Part shown: positions 49,318-62,140 of the stretch, one piece after another
How the letters are laid out: each line of letters opens with the position of its first letter
Position numbering within the stretch: the first letter of the stretch is position 1
DNA from: Squalus acanthias
Lineage: Eukaryota
Length of the DNA stretch: 64,000 nucleotides
Direction of reading: 5' to 3'
Assembly (NCBI GenBank): GCA_030390025.1
Contig: CM059433.1
Span: 32,056,001 to 32,120,000 of the forward strand
Program-made: the position numbers and the translations under genes
Notes under the pieces: generated by a model
The model's database searches: none
What the model was told of the DNA's origin: nothing
Seen by the model: the letters and a program-made list of their open reading frames with translations, nothing else

Positions 49318-51597
49318 AGTCCTTGGCTGGAAGATTTAGGCACAGGTCTCTCCAGGCCGAGATTCAAGGCTCCAATGAGCAGGGTGTGGCTGGAGTGCAA
49401 GATCGACCTTCCCCTTTAAGAACTGTCCGGCGCCAGTGTGTCTGTGTTCCATCGCTAACTGACAGCACCTGCGCTGCGCCCGCGCTCTGAGTTAGCGCCT
49501 CGCTCCTCGGCCTTTGCGCCTTAAGACAGGTGTGTAGCACCTGATTTAGCGCTCCAATCACCTCCAGGGGCGTTAAAAGTCAAGTTTGCCGTCGGTGGCG
49601 ATAATTATAGCCAGGCGCTAATCTTTGCGCCCGGCCGATAATTGCGCCTCAAATGGGGCGATACTGAATTTCTCCCCCTTAGTCTTTTTTACAGAGAAAA
49701 GAGCCCCAGCCAGCTCAATATTTCCTGATAGTTTTATCCTCTCAATTCTGGCTTCTTTGTAAATCTTTTCTGCACTTTTTCCAGTACTTCAATATCCTTT
49801 TTGTAGCACGCAGACCTGAACTGCACATAGTGTGGTCTAACCAAATGTAACATTACATCTCTGCTTTTGTATTCTATTCCTGTAGAAATGAACCTCAGTA
49901 CTTTGTTTGCACTCTTTGTGGCCTTATCAATGTGTGTTGCTACTTGTAGCAATTTATGTATTTGTATTCCCAAATCACTTTGCTCCATTTAGTTTCTTAA
50001 CTTGCAAGGAATAAATGGCCTTTTTATTCCTTCTACCAAAATTAAGAACCTCACACTTCGCTTTATTGAATTTAATTTGCCATTTATCCACCTGCTCTCT
50101 AAGCCTGTTTATGTCTTCCTGTATTTTGGTGCAGTCCTCCCCATTATTAGCTCCCAGTTTTGCATTATCTTCAAATTCTGACAAAATAGCTCCACTTTCT
50201 GAGTCCAAATCATTTATGTATATGGTGAACAACAATGGTCATAGCATGGATCCCTGTGGGACATCACTTCCCACTTTATGCCTGTCCAAGAAATTCTACC
50301 CTCTGCTTTCTATTTTGTAGCCATCTTTCAATCCATCCTCCATCTGGCCCCTGGCTCCACACGGCCTGACCGTGGTCATGTCTCACTTGAAATTGAAAGA
50401 CTTCTGAAAGTCCATGTACGACACATCCACTGAATGGCCCTTGTCTACTTTTTCTGTTACCCCTTCAAAGAATTCAATAACATTGATTAAATATAACTTT
50501 CCTTTTATGAATCCATGCTGAACTTTTAATTATATTCTCCATGTCTAGATATTTTGTTAACTGTTCTATCAGCAAAGATTCTAGTATATTTCCTACCACT
50601 GATGTTATACTAACTGGTCTATAATTCTATGGGTTAGTTCTATCTCCCTTTTTGAAGACCGGAATTACATTTGTTCTGATGAAAGATGGTCGACCTGAAA
50701 TGAGATTAGGCTGGATAGCTCTTTGTTGGCCGGCGCGGACACAATGGGCCGAAATGGCCTCCTTCCGTGCTGTAACTTTCTATGATTCCATGATTCTAAG
50801 ACTAGATGACCTCGCATTCCCAAACCCAGACAGTAACACTGTGAGACTAGCATGTGATGGAGTAAACCACAAGCAACATTTCTAGGCCTGCTGTACCTAC
50901 AAAAATAGCGGTCAGTAATAATTCACAATATATTCTATGGAGAGAAAATAGCGATAGTGCACTGGCTAATTTCTACAATAACGATCATATTCAGATTTAA
51001 TAAATATTAGTGCCCTGAAATTATGCCATGGCATACTAGCATATCAATGCAGGATACATTAATCTAATATTCCACTATAGTTTTAACAGAGGTATCAACC
51101 CAATTATTTTAATCAGCTTAATGCCTCCACTACAATAGTGGAGAGAGGAATTTCAGATGAGTGAATTAAAAGTTTGTATGCTGGTATCTCATTGTGTAAT
51201 TTATGGGCCATGATCTCCGTTCTGTAACTGTTTTGTTATCAGACAGGTACTAAAGTCAATATAAAACAAATGTTTATTCAACTCCAATATTTTTTACAAC
51301 AGAAAATGTGTAGTGCTTTTTACCATATTGAATTGAAAAATAATCTAGATAAATAACACAAAATCCCAGAAAGGACACCTCTCGTCAATTTTTTTTTACC
51401 CATTCTGAATCAAACTGTCTCTTTCAACAAACGGCTTTATGGCAAACTATTTGCATGAAAGGAAATGTGATCACTTTTTACTTATTATTCGTTTATAACA
51501 CTTCCCATGTTGGTCTTGATATTATAAGAACATAAGAAATAAAAACAGGAGTAGGCCATACGGCCCCTTGAGCCTGCTCCGCCATTCAATAAGATCA

Positions 51598-51912
51598 TAA
51601 AGAAAGACTTGCATTTATATAGCGCCTTTCATGACCACTGGATGTCCCAAAGCACTTTACAGACAATGAAGTACTTTTTGAAGCATAGTCACTGTTGCAA
51701 TGTCGGAAAAGCGGCAGCCAATTTGCGCACAGCATGCTCCCACAAACAGCAATGTGTTAATCACCAGATAATGTTTTTGTTGACTGACGGATAAATATTG
51801 GCCAGGACACCGGGGATAATGCCCCTGCTCTTCTTCGAAATAGTGCCATGGGATCTTTTACGTCCACCTGAGAGAGCAGACAGGACCTCGGTTTAACGTC
51901 TCATCCAAAAAA
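51598..51912 (-). mobile_element. DeuSINE inserted in a CR1 tail (about 51524-51985)
   Basis: CR1 tail ...AATAAGATCAT | SINE | GGCTGATCTTC... resumes after the SINE. Confidence 0.8.
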
Positions 51913-52049
51913 CGGCTGATCTTCAACCTCAACTCCACTTTCCCGCCCTATCCCCATATACCTTGATTCCCTTAGTGTCCAAAATTCCCGTAGTATCACA
52001 ACTAAGATCACAATGTTCAATGCACCATCAGTGTTATCTGACAACAGAG

Positions 52050-53720
52050 TTGCTTGCTTGAATGGATCAGACAGCGATCTCCTCCCATGCAGACACCAGA
52101 ATCTATACAGAGCATCTTGTTAACTTTGCATGACCCATTGAGTACAGTCTGAGGCTAAGGATTTGCAAGTCCCAACCTGTAATACAGTCTGAGGAGCAGG
52201 GATTTATCTTATAAAATGCTCAAGTCACTCTTCTTTCATAATCTAGTTGGAGGAAGTGTGTTGTGAGACATTTTTGCCGTCTTCCACAAAAGCATTTGGT
52301 AACTTACTCTCTGAGTATGCACATCAGTGGTATCTGAAGTTGCAGGCAAGGATTAATTCTACATCTACAGAACAGATTGTGTGCTTTGGTGAGGCTGATA
52401 CACCCCAGGGAGAGGTAACAGAAGCCTGGATTGATTTTTTGAGTTGTGTCCAATGGCATAACACTCTTGTCTGGGTTAACAAAGTCAGGGTCATAAATAT
52501 CTTTGCACTTTTCTAATTGTATTCAGGCTTTCTTCTTTCCAATACAGCTCAACACTCTTGTACTATCACACCCCATTACTCCGTCAAACTGTGGTACCAG
52601 ATAGGCATGTTTAGCAACTATCTTATGCACTCTACCTTTTCCTTCACAACAATCCTGAACCACAATTTATGAGCAGGATATCCATGAGGGAAAAATGTAA
52701 ATGTGTAGCACTGCCAGGTCTGTATCTAGAAATGTTATTAATACTCCTCAACGATCTCTAGCTGCTTGAGCGGCAAAAAGGACCATTCTTGTATCTGCCT
52801 CATAAGCACAACAATGACAAGCCAACAATTACTCCAGTGCTTCCAAATCTTGTTTCGGACAAAATGTTTAAAAAATCAAGAGAGCCACCACCAGTGAGAT
52901 CTGCTGCAGTCGCGCTCTAAATGAAGAACTGCAGGGTTTGTTTTGTTGATGGGATAATTGATGTGATTTAACCATTGGGTACTGGCGTACATGGTCCTTG
53001 GATTGTGTTCCAAAGCCCTGCCTCCTAGAAAATTCACCTGCCTTCTTTGTCATAATGATTGAATACTACATCAATTCTTTTACATGCTTGGACGCTTAAT
53101 GGAGTGATGCATGTTTTCCGTAAGCTCACCAAATGCTTTTGCAATGCAGCTTAACACCTGGATAAAGGTAAAAGCTGTTGTTGGAAAAGCAACTTCAAAT
53201 TCAACATCCTTTGGTAACTCTCGGGAGAGCTTATGTTAAAAAAAAGGTCAGGTGACCAATTGCATGTATCCCAGAAGCAACAACTAGATGCCTAAACAGC
53301 TCTCTGCACTAGTAGACATTTTTTGACTCTAGGATTATCAGATGCTCGCTCATTTGTGTTAATATTTCTATTTTCATCTTGATAAAGGATCGAAGAAACC
53401 AACAGCATTTGCTTTCGGTCTCTATTCTACAAAATTTTATGTGGCAACTTTCCCAAAGTTCTAATGCACCAAAAGGGGAAACCTGGTAATTCTGAAATAA
53501 TAGTAACAGAAGAGGTGAGTTTAGGGAGAGAATCTCCATTGGCTTCATCTGGCAAACAAGATGGGGTTTTCAATGCATTAGCCGGGTGATTACTGTTTAA
53601 GCATCCCACCCATCTGTTGTCTTCAATATCTATCAATTTGTCAGAACCTGTTGCATCATCAACTTGGCACATAATTGTTTCATAATTGAAAACTCTATTC
53701 TGACATGACATCTAAGGAAC
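52050..53720 (-). pseudogene. Decayed Academ-type (XPG-encoding) DNA transposon protein; may extend to about 54950
   Basis: Ordered, frameshifted motifs: AFGEL, KRIDVVFNHY, QW...NK, EADTRMVL, LDTDLAVL, LWFR, MGCDST...IGKKKA, HTQRVSYQMLLW, PAP...C...C, SCKVNKMLCIDSGVC. Confidence 0.75.
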
Positions 53721-54019
53721 TACTGATCAACTGCACTGTGTACCGTTCAGCAGCTAGTGATTCTTCCTTTGATTTTCCTGTCACAGTTCTTAGTCTATTT
53801 CAATGTCATTTAAAAATAAATTGTCCTCAGGATGTGGGTAACACTGACAGGGTCACATTTATTTACAATCCCTAGTAGTCTTGAGGTGGCGATGGTGGGC
53901 CATCTTCTTGAACTTCTGCAGTTCTTGTGGTGATGCTGCTCCCACAATGGGGTCAGGATTTTGACCTCCTGACTATAAAGAACAGCAATTACTGTCTAAG
54001 TCAGGATGTTATCTGACTT

Positions 54020-54180
54020 AAACAACAACTTGCATTTATATAGTGCCTTTAATGTAGAAAAACGTCCCATGGTGCTTCACAGGAGCGTAATCAGACAGAA
54101 ATCGCCACCAAGCCAAAGAAGGAGAAATTAGGATGGCTAAAACCTTGGTTAAAGAGGTAGGTTTTAAGGAAGGTCTTAAA
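54020..54180 (-). mobile_element. L2 tail fragment
   Basis: AACAACAACTTGCATTTATATAG... as in the other L2 copies. Confidence 0.75.
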
Positions 54181-56369
54181 AAACTTAGAGGAGAACTTGG
54201 ACATGATGATGTTTCTACAGCATCATCATACCTTAACCTTTCTTCAACTGAGGAAAAAAAATCCTTTTAAGTCTAGCAAGTCTTCATTTGGTAATTGTCC
54301 TCAACTTCAACTCAATCTGTGGAACAAAATGTATCCATGCCTCCCTGATTGATGGAGATATTTGAAAATTAAGTATCTGCACTGTGTACCGTTCAGCAGC
54401 TAGTGATTCTTCCTTAAATAGCGAGCTACAACTTCTTTCTGGTGCTGTTTTTTGTGGTAGAACAGGCAGAATATTGTTTTATGTGGATTTATTTCGAGGC
54501 ACACCACCAGTCAGATTGTTTCTGTGCTACAACTTAACTTATTTACAAGTTGGCTCTGAGACTACAAAGTACGAGTGAAGCTGAGGGAACAGATGGAGCA
54601 CATAATATAACATCCAATGTATTGGGCACAATGAAGTAAAAGTTGCTCCTGCAAATTTTATGCCAAGCAGCCACAGAAGATTGAGCTCACTGCCTAGTAG
54701 CTCCACTGATTGCTTCAACATATTCAGAATTTCAACAAAGGGAGATAATAATTTGTATTTACACGTCTGTCAAAATGTTCTGAAGGGGGTGTTGCTTTCC
54801 ATTGGCAGCAGTAATGAATTCCTCAACACTCTTTGACAAAGATTATGTGTGACACGGCAATGTCTTTCAAGATAGATATAATTAACATTTGTCATTTTAA
54901 AGTCACATTAGAGAATTTGCAGAAAGTCCAAAATTGTCACAATTTGCTGGCACATCTCAATAAAAATAAAAATAAATAGTTAAAAAAAAATCACTAAATC
55001 CCTGCAATATTATTTCGAAAAACAATGAAATCGAGCAATTTCATGTAAATCGCTGAGTGCTTATTGAAGTATAACGAAACATATCAATTATATTACGCCT
55101 CGATGTACAAATTCTGCTGTGGGCTATTTTGGTTTGCAAGCTTGTGTAAAATTTCTCGGTATACTAAATATAGCACTGAGTGAAATTTGAGCCTCTCAGT
55201 TTCAAATGACTAATTCACCCCCTTATGAACTAAGAAATGTAGAACAAGGTAAGGATATCGGCTTATTATTTGAAAGTACTTGCTGCAACTCTTTTCCCAC
55301 TGCATCATTGGTGAACCTCAATCCCACAACCTAAGCATGACTTCAGATTCAGTTTTGCCTAGAACCTAACACTATACAGTGAGCTGAGCTGCCGTTGTAT
55401 CATCCTATGACTGACTGCATTGGCCAGTCTGTTTCAATTTCTTTACAAACATGCAACACATATAATCACACCATTTGTGCATGCTGCATAATTCTTCCCG
55501 CTCAAACAGAATAACCCTTTCTAAAATATATTTTCTGCTAAGACAGCACCCCCTTTAAAATAGTGGTTTTTTTTTGAGAAGAACTAAATACTCCTTTCTC
55601 ATTTCAAGTTATATTTCTCATCATATTCTGGTCTCCTCAGGCCATATACCAGCTGTGGCTGGGAGAGTTGACAATCCCTCTAGGTTGAGTGCTCAAGCTG
55701 ATCTTAACCCCATGCCTGGAGGTGTTTGGGTCCAGCTTGGTGATGGCTCTTCCACAAATTCTCCTCCTCCTGTGCGAAGGAGCTTCGCCACCACTTGGAG
55801 CATCAGAAATCAAGAAGTCAACACTACAGGATGTGACAAGAACAACCGCAAACCATGGATTAAAACCAGGAATTCATGCAGGAACGTAACAGGGCAATCT
55901 AGCTAAGAGACAGATCTGTGCTAGATTTCTTAACAAGTATGATTTTCCATCAGGCATTTTAGATCGGCCTAAAGTGGTTATTTTTTTTAATGCATTGCTA
56001 TGGTCTCTGCATATAGTTACACAGAAATGTACAGGTATATTACCATAGAGTTGGCGCGCAGATTTTCAAAAGGTAACATTTTAGCATTTTGTTATCTACA
56101 CAATTTCTCCAAATTTAGTTTCACTACCATTTTACTATACACATATAGAGACAAGCATGTCCTATGGTAATGCATAGACTCTCGTAAGTCACAGCCTTAT
56201 GACCTAGACCTATGTTATTTTACAAATTTGGGCTCCTGGTGCAAGGCTCCACTCAGCAGGAGTGGATTTAGGCGTTTGCTTTAGTGAGAGAAGATCCCAT
56301 GGGGCGCTCTGGCCTCCTGCCAAGTCCCTGATATGGTCTCCTGGCGGGCAAAGTTCTGTGCTGTAAGGC

Positions 56370-59100
56370 CATGGAACCATAGACATTTACAGCACAGAAG
56401 GAGGCCATTTGGCCCATTAAGCCCATGCTGGCTCTTTGCTGGAGAGCTCTAAAACTAATCCCAGTGGCCTGCTCACTTCTCATAGCTCTGTGTCTTCTTC
56501 GGCTTCCGACATTTGTCCACCTTTCCCTTGAAAGACACAATGATCTTTGACTCAACCACTCCCTGTAGCAAAGCATTCCATGCCTCAAAACATTTTGAGT
56601 AAAAACATTTCACCTGACCTCATCCCCTCACTCTCAGTGATGATTTTAAATTGTTAACCCCTTGTTAATGACTCCCTAACCAAAGGAAATAGTCCTTCCC
56701 TATTCACCCTTTCAAGACCCTTCATAATTTTGAAACCTCTATTAAATCTCCTCTTAACCAGTGGAAATAGTCCTAGTCTCTCCTCACAACTAGAGTTTCA
56801 CATTCCAGATAACAGCTGGTGAATCTACACTTTACGCTCTCTATGGCTTTAATATCCTTGTACAAGAAGGTGTCCAAAGCTGTACACAGTACTCTAACTT
56901 TGGCCCAAACAATGTTTTGTACAAATTCATCATTACTTCTTTACTCTTGTACTCCATGCCCCTATTTATCAAAACCTAAAATACTGTTGGCCTATGTTAC
57001 AGTTTTATCTACTTTCAGGGAATTATGTATTTGAACCGTTAGGTCTCTCTGTTCATCCACGCCCTTGTGTCCCCATTCAATGTACACTCTCTTTACTTCC
57101 TAAAATGCATCACCTCTCACATATCCACATTATAATGCATCTGCCTATTCCACTAACTTCTCTATGTTTCTCTGAAGTTCTTTACAATCCTCTTTGCTGT
57201 TTGCCAAATCTCCTACATTTGCGTCATGAGAACATTTTGAGATTGTGTTCCGTATGCCAATGTCTAAATCATCGATATATCCAGAGAACAAATGTGGACC
57301 CAGCAGAGATCCCTGGGGTACACCACTTCCAGTCTGTTTCAAATTTGAGCACCATCCATTTACTGTAACTGTGTTTCCTGTCAGTCAACAGTTCCTCTTA
57401 CACCATACACATGAATTTTTCTAATGTGCCTGCTGTAAGACACCTTATCATATGCCTTCTGAAAATCCATGGTACACTACATCTACAGTATTCAACTTTA
57501 CCTGTCCAGACACTTCTTCAAATATTTGTCTAACATGACTTGCATTTAACAGATCATTGCTGATTGTTCTTGGTTAACCCATGCATTTCGAAATGCTCAT
57601 TAATTTTATCTTAAATTTTGAATTCGAAGAGTGTGCCCATAATTGATGTAAGTCTACTGGTTTGTTTATGGTGACACAGCTCAGACTTTCCTCCCTTCTT
57701 GAACAAAAATACTACATTGGCTACTCTCCAGTCCAAAGGCACAATTTGTGTATTTAGAGAGAATTGAAAAATTGTGGCCAGAACCTCTGTTATCGGACTT
57801 CAACGGTCTACAGTGCCCGGTGATTGATCTACTGTCTACAGTGCCCGGTGATTGATCTACGATCTATGGTGCCCAGTGATTGATCTACGGTCTACGGTGC
57901 CCGGTGATTGATCTACGGTCTACGGTGCCCGGTGATTGATCTACGGTCTACAGTGCCTGGTGATTGATCTACGGTCTACGGTGCCCGGTGATTGATCTAC
58001 GGTCTATGGTGCCCGGTGATTGATCTACGGTCTACAGTGCCCGGTGATTGATCTACGGTCTACGGTGCCCGGTGATTGATCTACGGTCTACAGTTCCCGG
58101 TGACTGATCTACGGTCTACGGTGCCCGGTGATTGATCTACGGTCTATGGTGCCCGGTGATTGATCTACGGTCTATGGTGCCCGGTGATTGATCTACGGTC
58201 TACGGTGCCCGGTGATTGATCTACGGTCCCCGGTGATTGATCTACGGTCTACAGTCTACGGTGCCCGGTGATTGATCTATGGTCTACATTGCCTGGTGAT
58301 TCATCTACGGTCTATGGTGCCCGGTGATTGATCTACGGTCTACGGTGCCCGGTGATTGAACTACGGTCTACAGTGCCCAGTGATTGATTACGGTCTACGG
58401 TGCCCAGTGATTGATCTATGGTCTACGGTGCCCGGTGATTGATCTACGGTGCCCGGTGATTGATCTATGGTCTACGGTGCCCGGTGATTGATCTACGGTC
58501 TACGGTGTCTGGTGATTGATCTACGGTCTACGGTGCCCGGTGATTGATCTACGGTCTACAGTGCCCGGTGATTGGTCTACAGTACCCGGTGATTGATCTA
58601 CGGTCTACGGTGTCCGGTGATTGATCTACGGTCTACAGTGCCCGGTGATTGATCTACGGTCTACAGTCTACGGTGCCCGGTGATTGATCTACAGTCTATG
58701 GTGCCCGGTGATTGGTCTACAGTACCCGGTGATTGATCTACGGTCTACGGTGTCCGGTGATTGATCTATGGTCTACAGTGCCCGGTGATTGATCTACAGT
58801 CTACGGTGTCCGGTGATTGATCTATGGTCTACAGTGCCCGGTGATTGATCTACAGTCTACGGTGCCCGGTGATTGATCTATGGTCTACAGTGCCTGGTGA
58901 TTCATCTACGGTCTATGGTGCCCGGTGATTGAACTATGGTCTACAGTGCCCGGTGATTGATTACGGTCTACAGTGCCACCTTGAGTTCTGCCCATTTTTG
59001 CAGAAACAACTTCTTTTCTACAGTTAGACCAAGAATTGTTCCAGATCCTCTACTAACACACCTAAAATCTCACTTTCACCATTATTTGATAAAATTGATG
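56370..59100 (-). mobile_element. Old CR1 LINE containing an expanded minisatellite
   Basis: GSGVPQGSLLGPHLF...IDDLD remnants; CR1 tail near 56370-56450. Confidence 0.75.
57803..58977. repeat. Minisatellite, 28-bp unit ACGGTCTACRGTGCCCGGTGATTGATCT, about 40-45 units
   Basis: Head-to-tail units with no spacers; length variants gain or lose a 7-nt GGTCTAC/AGTCTAC subunit. Confidence 0.97.
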
Positions 59101-59106
59101 AACATA

Positions 59107-59440
59107 TAAAAAAGAACTTGCATTTCTATAGTGACTTTCACAACCTGAGGACATCACAAAGCATTTTACAGCCAATTAAGTACTTTTGAAGTGTAGTCAC
59201 TGTTGTAATGTAGGAAACATGGCAGCCAATTTACACACAGCAAGCTCCCACAAACAGCAATGTGATAATGACCAGATCATCTGCTTTTAGTGATGTTGGC
59301 TGAGGGATAAATATTGGCCAGGACACCAGGGAGAACTCCCCTGTTCTTCTTCAAAAATTGTCATGGGATCTTTTACGTGCACCTGAGAAGGCAGATGAGG
59401 CCTTGGTTTAACGTCTCATCCGAAAGACGATATGCCTGAC
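59107..59440 (-). mobile_element. DeuSINE (SacSINE1-like)
   Basis: Deu core and tail. Confidence 0.85.
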
Positions 59441-59466
59441 ATACAAAGGATTGAGTGTGACTCAAG

Positions 59467-60295
59467 GGGGGCAATTTTGTGATTGGGGGCACATTGGAGG
59501 CGGGACTGCTGCTTGTCGGGTTGATGTCCCGCCTCCATCAATTTGTGGCCAACTCACGCACTTTTCCCTTGATTAACCTTGTTAAGCCTGCCCAGCAGGC
59601 TTAGCAGGCCAATTACAGGAAAGCCGGTTGCAGAGCACGTCAACGTATGACGTTTCATCTGTCAAAAATTTTTGACAGATGAAATGTCATCGTTTGACAG
59701 CTCTGTGAAGCTGTCAGTGACAATCTCTGCAGTTTGATGAGGTCTTGCATACAAGACCTCATCAACCCTCCTTCTTTTACAGAAATTAGATGGTTGTTGC
59801 ATCTGAGAATGCAAAGGCCATCTCTCATCTGTAACACGGTGGTGCAAGACTCTCCGCATACAAACCGACTGAAGCCTGCAGGAAGAAACAAAGGTAAGTA
59901 CACTTTTAAAAACACATTGCACTTACCTCAGATACTCACCCCTCCACACTTGCACCCATCACTTACCTTCACAGCACACTTTTGCACCACGACCCCCGCA
60001 GACCCACTACTCGCCTCGCTGACCTGGCGGGTTTTGGAGCCTTCGGAAAGTCCGCACTTGTGAGGGCAAAAAGCGGATAATCCTATTTTCTGCCTGTTAA
60101 CTACCTGTTAACAGGCAGTTAATAGACTTTAATCCCTTCCCGCCTCCAAGGAGACGGGACCCGGCGCGGGACGGCTACCCGTCTCCTGGGAAGATGGCAT
60201 GGAGGCGGGTTGGGAGCGGGTTTGGCACCCGCCCCCAAATTCTGCCATTTCCCCGGCAGTCCCGCCTCCATACCAGGGCTGGCAAAATCGCCCCC
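59467..60295. mobile_element. Harbinger-type MITE
   Basis: TIR-like GGGGGCAATTTT / AAAATCGCCCCC; GC-rich subterminal regions resembling the other Harbinger relics. Confidence 0.7.
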
Positions 60296-61664
60296 AGAGT
60301 GACCTAAGGAGGGAAATTCTGCATAAAACTTTGAAAGAACATGTGGGCATGTTGAAGCTTGGAGCAGGTCTTGAGTCCTTCTTGTTTGAGGTAAAAGCCT
60401 GGCTTGGGAAGACTTAGAAAATCAATACAGGAAAATAAAAAGGTACAAAAGAAAAGTAAACCTCTAAAAATCAGTAACCATCTACGTGAGAAGAGAGTTT
60501 CAGTATAATTAGGCCATTGTGGGCAGGGTACATTTTTTAAAATAATAAAGCAATAATTTCAATACACGAAGTGCCAGAAGACATAGAGTGAAATTAGAGA
60601 ACAAAAAGACAGTTAGAAAAGAGAAATAAGACAAAGGAATAAAGCAAGAGATTTATAGAAAAGTGAAACAAAAAGAATGAAAGTCTATCAAAATGACAAA
60701 AAGAAAGGCTTAAAGGAAAGCAGCAATACTTTTTGAGGCAAATTCCTGTTTCTGTTGTCAGTTAGATTCTGTAAGCAATGGAACAATTAATTATTTTATA
60801 TTATGGTGATATTAATTTTTACAATGTTCCCCTGATGGCTCAGTGAGTTGTTACAGTGAATACCAAGTCACTTAGACTGCAAGGGTCCCAGGTCCAATCC
60901 CTGATGAGTCATCTGATCCCTGCCAGGACAATGGTACTGGCCATCCATCCAGTTCCTAATTATTATCCCTGGAAATCCATATGTGTCAGCATCAGGTGAG
61001 ACCAGGATCAGACTCAGCCAAGACACCCCCAGGGTAAAATAACCTACCAACACTGACTGTAGAGACTCATATAATAAGGTGCACTTGGGTATGGAACCAT
61101 AACCCAACAAGAAAGTCAAGATCTTCAGGACCAGAGGAGAGAAGAGAAAATTGGTGATTTAAAAAATTCTCACAATAGTTTTAATATAGCATTATTGTCT
61201 GACACTATATTACAATAGATGGCTCATTTACAAGACTCTAAAGGCCCTACTAATTAAACTGCAAGGGCATCGCTAATTGTTTTACATTGTTCCCAGACTA
61301 GCTTGAAATACTTTTCAAGTTATTTATGGGTACATCTGTCAGTGTTGGGCTTAGATTTACCAGAGGCTTCAATCAAACACAACATTTTTATAGACTTACA
61401 TTACTAAGCTCTATAATTAGATGTAAATTGCACTTAATGGTGACCTTTTTCAGTCCAAGAGTAAACGACTAACGTCTATACTGATAAGCACGAATATTCT
61501 GTTAGAAATTAGGTTGTCAAATATTCATTGCTTCCCAAAAAAGGTGTTTTGTAAGAAGATGTACCAGATCTGTAGTCATTTCATGTAAAATAATTATCAT
61601 ATCTTGTTTGTATAATAATATAACATTTGTACAACAGTACAAAACTACATTAAAATCACAAAAT

Positions 61665-62140
61665 TAATAGAGATGAACAAGACCACTTGACCCATCTTAG
61701 CTCATCCGTTTATAAAACTACAGTTCTCCCCTCATCACAACATCCAGCTGTCTCTTAAATGACTCCACTACCCTTCATCAGAAGTCCATTGCAATTGTTA
61801 ATCACTGTGCATGAAGAAGAGATTCCTATACCAGTCTTAAGTTTCTTTTGAGTTTCACCACTTTGAACCTGTGCCTCCCCCAAACTTTCTTTCAGGCCAT
61901 GCCCTTGAGGTGTATACATGCTTAATATCTCACAGACCTCTGTGAGGCCTACCCTGTCACCTCTTTCAAGGTTGAAGATCCCAAAATCCTCCAATGTTCT
62001 CTCATAATTTAATTTTCCGCCATTAAGAAGGAATCTGGCGCCTCTTCTCAGCATCAACTCAAAGGCTTGAATGTTTCCTTTATGTCTTATTGACCAACAT
62101 TAAACACAGTACTGATGCCACAGTGTGTTTAGGGCACTAT
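61665..62140 (-). mobile_element. Highly degenerate CR1 3' fragment
   Basis: Decayed LNYERTLEDFGIFNLE...GD motif. Confidence 0.6.

Larger units (their letters stand above)
45545..49678. mobile_element. Full-length PIF/Harbinger DNA transposon (4134 bp), apparently intact
   Basis: Perfect 16-bp TIRs GGGGGAGAAATTCAGT / ACTGAATTTCTCCCCC; TSD TTA at 45542-45544 and 49679-49681; two convergent intact ORFs. Confidence 0.95.
45175..50670 (-). mobile_element. Old CR1 LINE split by the Harbinger insertion
   Basis: RT remnants at 49734-50320 (LFTIYINDLD, FEDNAKLG) continue into 45175-45544 across the TTA target. Confidence 0.8.

Noticed and set aside
57803..58977. Possible CRISPR array (28-bp repeats)
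   Set aside because: Units are contiguous with no unique spacers, no cas genes are present, and the context is vertebrate
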